DNA of 64,000 bases from Veleropilina oligotropha (taxonomy: Eukaryota), in assembly GCA_048128005.1 (NCBI GenBank), contig JBEUKZ010000016.1, positions 558,001-622,000 of the forward strand. The letters run 5' to 3'. This document shows, piece by piece, positions 58,995-64,000 of this stretch. Within the stretch, counting starts at the first letter, position 1, and the number at the start of each line of letters is the position of its first letter. Made by a program: the position numbers and the translations under genes. The notes beneath the pieces are model-generated. The model searched no databases. It saw nothing but the letters and a program-made list of their open reading frames with translations, and was not told the origin of the DNA.

Positions 58995-60269
58995 ATGGCT
59001 AAGAGCGCCTTTGCGTTTAATGGGAGTGCGGCCTATCCGACCGGTGTGGTGTACCTAGGAAGGATCAACGATGAGCAGCTTACAAAACCAAGCGTCGTTG
59101 TCTCCTCGTCTGAATCTCCTGCCTTCGGGGCAGACTACCCCGACGTCTTTCAAAAATACCGCCTCCCTCACGTCGCGAGTGACCGGCTAATACGGGATTG
59201 GAACAGCACGCCGATGCGGTTCTGGCAGAACAAGGTAAACTTCGCCGTATGGTGTGCTACAACAGGTTCCGGGATCTCCTCAGAAGACCACTTGAATGCT
59301 ACTGCAGCCCTCGCCAGAGCTGTATTCACCTTCCACGTATACTATCAGGTCAGAAGGATCTTGACCGAGATTCAGGCCCCGCTGCCTCAAGACGTGACGT
59401 GGGATGCATTCGACACCCCGTATGACCGAAGGGCATATGAAAAGATCTGCAGCGAATTCGGAGTGTCACCACATACCGACTGGCGTGTCAAGGGTCCCAA
59501 CGGCGGACTAGGCACGGCTTACAGCTACTGGACGAACAATGGCTACCACTCCATAGGATGTGAGTATGACCCCAGTCGCATGTCGTTCACAAAAGGGACT
59601 ACCAACTCGAATCTACACGTGGACTACATCGCGCAAGCGCCTAGCCTTTCAAACGGCTGGGCTTCGTTTATTCTGGACAAGTCAGCGGGATTTACCCGGG
59701 CCGGCGTGGAAAGGCTCAATGACTCCATCAGGACCTACGTCTGGGCGATTCTTGGAGCGCAGGCGCAGATGCGTGCAGGCATTATCGGCACCGGTACGGC
59801 GTTTGACGCACAGAAACAGTTTCTGGCCAACGTGGAAGATGCCATCGCATCCCCCGTTGACCTACCAGCAGCAATCAAACGGTACCAAGAGGTGCTCCAG
59901 TATGCGAGGTCCAAAGTGGACTTCGTATTCGGCGTTGGCCTGTACATGGCGCCAAGTGACATGCTTCTACGGATCGGGCAGGTGGCTGGTTATAACAACG
60001 AGATCGTCGTCGCCACGGAAAACCAGACACTCGGTCTTAATACTACGGTCAACGCGGCCAGTGTGCCGCTCAACGCCGCACGGGGTACTGGAGAAACAGG
60101 ACTGGTCATCCCACAAGACGCAGTCTTACGGGCAGATGCTCCGAAGCATCCAAACGATGAGGCCCTGGCAGCTGTTCGAGCCGGGGCTGCCCAGTCACAT
60201 GACGAGGAGAAAACCGCACTTATCGTGGGTCTCGTCGTCGTTGGCCTAGCGTTCGTTTGGCTTACGTGA
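58995..60269 (+). CDS. C-terminally anchored viral protein (copy B)
   Basis: Homolog of 44117-45397. Confidence 0.8.
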   Translation: MAKSAFAFNGSAAYPTGVVYLGRINDEQLTKPSVVVSSSESPAFGADYPDVFQKYRLPHVASDRLIRDWNSTPMRFWQNKVNFAVWCATTGSGISSEDHLNATAALARAVFTFHVYYQVRRILTEIQAPLPQDVTWDAFDTPYDRRAYEKICSEFGVSPHTDWRVKGPNGGLGTAYSYWTNNGYHSIGCEYDPSRMSFTKGTTNSNLHVDYIAQAPSLSNGWASFILDKSAGFTRAGVERLNDSIRTYVWAILGAQAQMRAGIIGTGTAFDAQKQFLANVEDAIASPVDLPAAIKRYQEVLQYARSKVDFVFGVGLYMAPSDMLLRIGQVAGYNNEIVVATENQTLGLNTTVNAASVPLNAARGTGETGLVIPQDAVLRADAPKHPNDEALAAVRAGAAQSHDEEKTALIVGLVVVGLAFVWLT

Positions 60270-61526
60270 CCCACTGTCTAGCGGCAATAAGAAGCAAGCC
60301 CCCGACAGATATAATCACAGCCCACAGGTTCTCGGCCAGCCACGATGCTGTCTTGCCGACCAGGTTGATTAGCCAGGAGACCAGGCTGCCAAGTATTCCG
60401 GGGAGTGCGGCTGCGGCCTTCCCCGCTAGTTTGCCCAGAATCCGACCCAGGTTCTGCAGCTGCTTTTTGACCCACTCCTTGACCCCCCCCCCCCCTGACC
60501 ACTGGGAGGTGGTGGTGTTGGTGCGATGCTCGGCGCTCCGCCTGTCAGGGCTAGTACCAAAGTCGAGATAGCCAACCCAATAGCGGTCAGTATTGTTGCG
60601 ATCGTAACCCCCTGCTCGCGAAATAGGGTCCGGATACGCTCGGCCAGCGTTGTGTCAGAGTGGAGTATCCGATTTAGCATCTCTCGGATCCGGCTGATTT
60701 GAGAGCGTAGGGCCTCCCGGCTTGATGAGGCTGCCTCTAGGCGAGCTGCTCGTTCATCGTTTAAGTTGCGCAGACGTTCCGCGATCCGTCGACGAATAAA
60801 CTCATCCACACCGCCCTCTTCATCGGCCCGATCGAGCTTGCTCTTCTCCAGTTCTATGTGTTCGTCCAGCGCCGTTAGTTTGGCTAGATTGTTAGTGAGC
60901 TCGCCTCGAATGGTCTGCATCGCCTTGTCAAGTCCGCGAAGCTCGCGGAGGTTTAATGGAGGGTCCCCCATTGTGCCTAAGATCTCTTCAACCTCGGTAT
61001 CAGTGAATTCCGTCTCCATCGTGTGGATTGCTACCGAGGCATCAGTAGCAGTCTGCCCCAAGTCCCGCAGTTCTACGTTTTCGACATTAGCCGCTGCACC
61101 GCTCAACTCGTTGTCTGCGGTCTGAAATGCCGCGATGGCTTTTGAGGACAGCTTTTGTCCCCCCCGCTTCCAGTGTACGAAGCCCAACCCATCTCTGATG
61201 GCACTACCCCCACCACGCTGGCCAGCTATGGTTGCCAAAGCCTTGGGTTTACCGGTGCTAGAATTGATGAGATCGATGTGGGGCCAGGCTTTCATCTGCA
61301 GTCGCCCGTCCACGTAATCGAACCTGGAGTAATCACGCCCCGCGGCGGGGGTTTGCCCCTCTTTGGACAGGGCGTTGTAGTAGTCATCAACCGCTGTTTG
61401 AACAAGCTCTTGCCGCAGACCGCTGGTTCCTTCCTGTGGCGCCGCCACAATCCAGTCCGTGGATCCAACCTCACCATCATCGTCGATGATGTCAGGCTCG
61501 AATGTGGGGTTCTCAAATTCCGCCAT
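60262..61526 (-). pseudogene. Coiled-coil/TM protein (copy B), frameshift in the poly-G/C tract at ~60483-60495
   Basis: Homolog of 42808-44124; frame changes at the homopolymer, which could be a sequencing error. Confidence 0.7.
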
Positions 61527-61569
61527 TTGAATACTCAAGCTGGGATACGCATCTAATTCAGACAACAAC

Positions 61570-62847
61570 ATGGCCAGCACGTATGGACGCACGTTGAATC
61601 CATACCGCAGACTGCGAGAGCCTCTTGGGGTGAAAGGGGTCCGCCAGTCGGTCACGATAACGAACAACCCATCCACTATTGCTGCGAACCAGCAGCTGTT
61701 GGTTCGGTTCCCGAATCTCGGGACTCACGACGTTATCGTGCCAGGGACTGCCCACCTCGCATTCACCATTGCTCTGACCTCGGCTAACCCGAACAGGACT
61801 GTAGTTCAGAACATCGGACGCGCCGTGATCAAAAAGACCACGATAAAGATCAGTGGGAATGAAGTCATGTCTATAGATGACTCCGACGTGTACCACTGCT
61901 ACTGTGATCTCTGGAAAACCGCAGGGGAGCGCACGAATGCCCAATATCAGGGTATTGATACCAGCGATGGACACAACACTACGAAGAACCGTGTCAGCGC
62001 TGAGGGCGCATTCAGACGTTCTGAGGACACAGCTATATCGGACGCGTACGGTCCGAGGTTCCGCATCCCGCTGGACTTCGAGTTGCTGGAGAGCCACATG
62101 CCGTTCTACCAGAGTGCGTTGGGGGACCGTCTTGAGTATGAGCTCACCTTCAACGACCACTCAAGGACGATCAGGGACACCGATGACCCCAGCTCCAGCT
62201 ACGTCATCGACAATATCAGCCTGGAATACGACATGGTCACTAATCTTGAGCTTGCCAGGTTGATACAAAACCAATACTCGGGCCGCCTCACTATCCTGTA
62301 CGATCGTGTCCTGCGGCATCGTAAGATCACGAGAGACAAGAGTGACACTTTGTGGAATTTAAATTTGAATGTACCAGCGAAATCCATGAAGGGAATCCTA
62401 CTTCTGTTCGAGGATCCCGCGAGAGACGCCGCACCATTCGCGAGGGACACCGAGGTCGAGGTCACCATTGAGGGCGTTCCAAATCAAATATACAGCCAGG
62501 GCATGCGTTCCTACCAGATGTGGGATGAAGCCAGGAGATTCTTCGCCTCCTCCCCAAGCAGCAAACGCCATCCTGAGGTCGCGTTGGTTGCCAAGGATTT
62601 GGAATTGGCGGACGTCACCCTGGGCGAGTTTCTGACTAAGAAGTTCGCCTTATTGATAGATCTCCGGGTAACTGACGACGATGAGCTGCATGGGTCAGGC
62701 CGGAAAGTAGATAACGCCAGCGAGGGTATCACCATCCAGATAACTAAAACAGGCGAAGCAGCCGGTCCGTTGAACGTTTACCTGTACGTGATCATGGACG
62801 CGCAACTGCATATTCAGGATGGCCGATTTGTCACCGCGCTATACTAG
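61570..62847 (+). CDS. Major capsid protein (copy B) with a 9-aa in-frame deletion
   Basis: RDTE-VEVTIEG vs RDTEAFYNPKITKVEVTIEG in copy A. Confidence 0.8.
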   Translation: MASTYGRTLNPYRRLREPLGVKGVRQSVTITNNPSTIAANQQLLVRFPNLGTHDVIVPGTAHLAFTIALTSANPNRTVVQNIGRAVIKKTTIKISGNEVMSIDDSDVYHCYCDLWKTAGERTNAQYQGIDTSDGHNTTKNRVSAEGAFRRSEDTAISDAYGPRFRIPLDFELLESHMPFYQSALGDRLEYELTFNDHSRTIRDTDDPSSSYVIDNISLEYDMVTNLELARLIQNQYSGRLTILYDRVLRHRKITRDKSDTLWNLNLNVPAKSMKGILLLFEDPARDAAPFARDTEVEVTIEGVPNQIYSQGMRSYQMWDEARRFFASSPSSKRHPEVALVAKDLELADVTLGEFLTKKFALLIDLRVTDDDELHGSGRKVDNASEGITIQITKTGEAAGPLNVYLYVIMDAQLHIQDGRFVTALY

Positions 62848-63454
62848 TAGACGGTTCCCGCACCCCAAGGACCCCCACTCCGCAATTATCTGCGGCCAGA
62901 CGGGCTGTGGAAAGACAATTTTCATACTTTCACTCCTGGAAGGAGTCTATCGAGGGGTGTTCCGGCACATCGTAATTCTCTGCCCCACGATCAAGTTCAA
63001 TAAGGCATACCAGTCCTGTCCATGGATCTGGACTGACCCTGAGGTGTACATAATCCCCCCTGGTGAGCGACTCCATGACTGGTTGCGGGGGTTCTACCGG
63101 CTGTTTCAGGGGGAGCCGACCCTCTATATCATCGACGACTGCGCCGCCAGCAAGGCCCTCGCCAAGAGAAGGGACATGCTGACTTTGTTGGCCTTCAGCG
63201 GAAGACACGCCGAACAGAGCGTATGGGTAGTGACGCAAAAGTACAACGCAGTCTTGAAGGAGCTCAGAGAGCAGACCCGCTGGGTCGCGCTGTTCCATTG
63301 CAAGGACCGCGACAGTTTCGAGGACTGTCTGCGCGAGAACGATGTTATCTCATCCTGCGACGAGAGAACCGCAGTGCGAGAGCTTTTGGCCAAGACCAGA
63401 CACGCTAAGCTTCTGTTGAAAACTGATCAGCCCGTTGCTTATAGTGTGCTATAG
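62819..63454 (+). CDS. A32-like packaging ATPase (copy B)
   Basis: GQTGCGKT, YIIDD, SGRH. Confidence 0.92.
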   Translation: MADLSPRYTSRRFPHPKDPHSAIICGQTGCGKTIFILSLLEGVYRGVFRHIVILCPTIKFNKAYQSCPWIWTDPEVYIIPPGERLHDWLRGFYRLFQGEPTLYIIDDCAASKALAKRRDMLTLLAFSGRHAEQSVWVVTQKYNAVLKELREQTRWVALFHCKDRDSFEDCLRENDVISSCDERTAVRELLAKTRHAKLLLKTDQPVAYSVL

Positions 63455-63495
63455 CTACCCAGCAGCTACTTAGCATCTGCCCAGCAAGCTCTCGC

Positions 63496-64000
63496 TTGTC
63501 GGATGCTGTATATCTAGCTTTTGCTTGCAGCCAAAGCCTGGTATTGCTGCTACTCGTAACATTGTGGTATTGGCATTATCGCTATATTAGACTGGCGAGG
63601 AGATGTTGGAAACGCTTAAGGATGGACAGCCTCATTGATCAACTCATGGATGACGAGGAAGAAACGACCGTCTGCCAGGGCCCCCCACCCCGCTCGACGA
63701 CCGAACGTGGCGAGGAACCTGAAACTGGCATAGCAAAGAAACGGGAGAGGCTTGCAGCATTAGCCGTTGGAGGACAGGCCCACCGATACATGGGGCGCAA
63801 CCTCACAGTGGACCGAATCGACGATATGACTGACGACGAGGTTGAGAAACACCATGCACGGTATGAAGCCAAGCTCGGTGCTGACATGACGAAGACCCTC
63901 GGGACTGCCGCTATACAGCTGTATGAGGGTGCAGCTGGGATGTTCTTGCCCATTCCGCCGGAGAACCAGCTACGACTGGTCGCTGACCTCGAGGCCGACC
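63496..64000 (+). CDS. Homolog of 40042-40824 (copy B), partial; upstream ATG is TTG here, next ATG at 63622
   Basis: SDAVYLAFA..MDSLIDQLMDDE...KRERLAALAVGGQAHRYMG. Confidence 0.65.
   Translation, partial: MSDAVYLAFACSQSLVLLLLVTLWYWHYRYIRLARRCWKRLRMDSLIDQLMDDEEETTVCQGPPPRSTTERGEEPETGIAKKRERLAALAVGGQAHRYMGRNLTVDRIDDMTDDEVEKHHARYEAKLGADMTKTLGTAAIQLYEGAAGMFLPIPPENQLRLVADLEAD

Larger units (their letters stand above)
55411..64000. mobile_element. Polinton-like virus copy B, opposite orientation, runs off the window
   Basis: AGCAGCAGGGGGG terminus at 55411 matching copy A TIR sequence; same gene order reversed; predicted TSD CCAGG (55406-55410). Confidence 0.92.

Overview
Eukaryotic (invertebrate, probably mollusc-like) repeat-rich genomic DNA made almost entirely of nested mobile elements. 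(1) 3.5-6.2 kb: decayed AcademX-type DNA transposon (XPG/PIN nuclease plus Cys-rich CXC tail), cut off by a long (TA)n. (2) 8446-24839: a 16.4-kb near-perfect palindrome with Maverick/Polinton AGTAGT...ACTACT termini and a GC-rich Y-shaped two-eared hairpin at its axis. Each arm carries a dead canonical Maverick pPolB fragment, a LINE 3' insertion, and apparently intact intron-containing genes, including a 4-exon type I membrane glycoprotein that the ORF track misses. (3) 24.9-30.4 kb: EnSpm/CACTA-type transposase and a spliced CIDE-N partner gene. (4) 32876-49410: a full-length endogenous Polinton-like virus with AGCAGCAG termini, TIRs and a 5-bp TSD. It encodes a pPolB-SF1 helicase-HNH fusion, rve integrase, packaging ATPase, major and minor capsid proteins, about 7 membrane proteins (one with PSAP+LYPxL late-domain motifs) and a secreted cystine-knot-like protein. 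I found no adenain protease. (5) 55411 to window end: a second, related copy in the opposite orientation, inserted into a DIRS-like tyrosine recombinase remnant. All family assignments come from motifs read by eye; no database searches were run.
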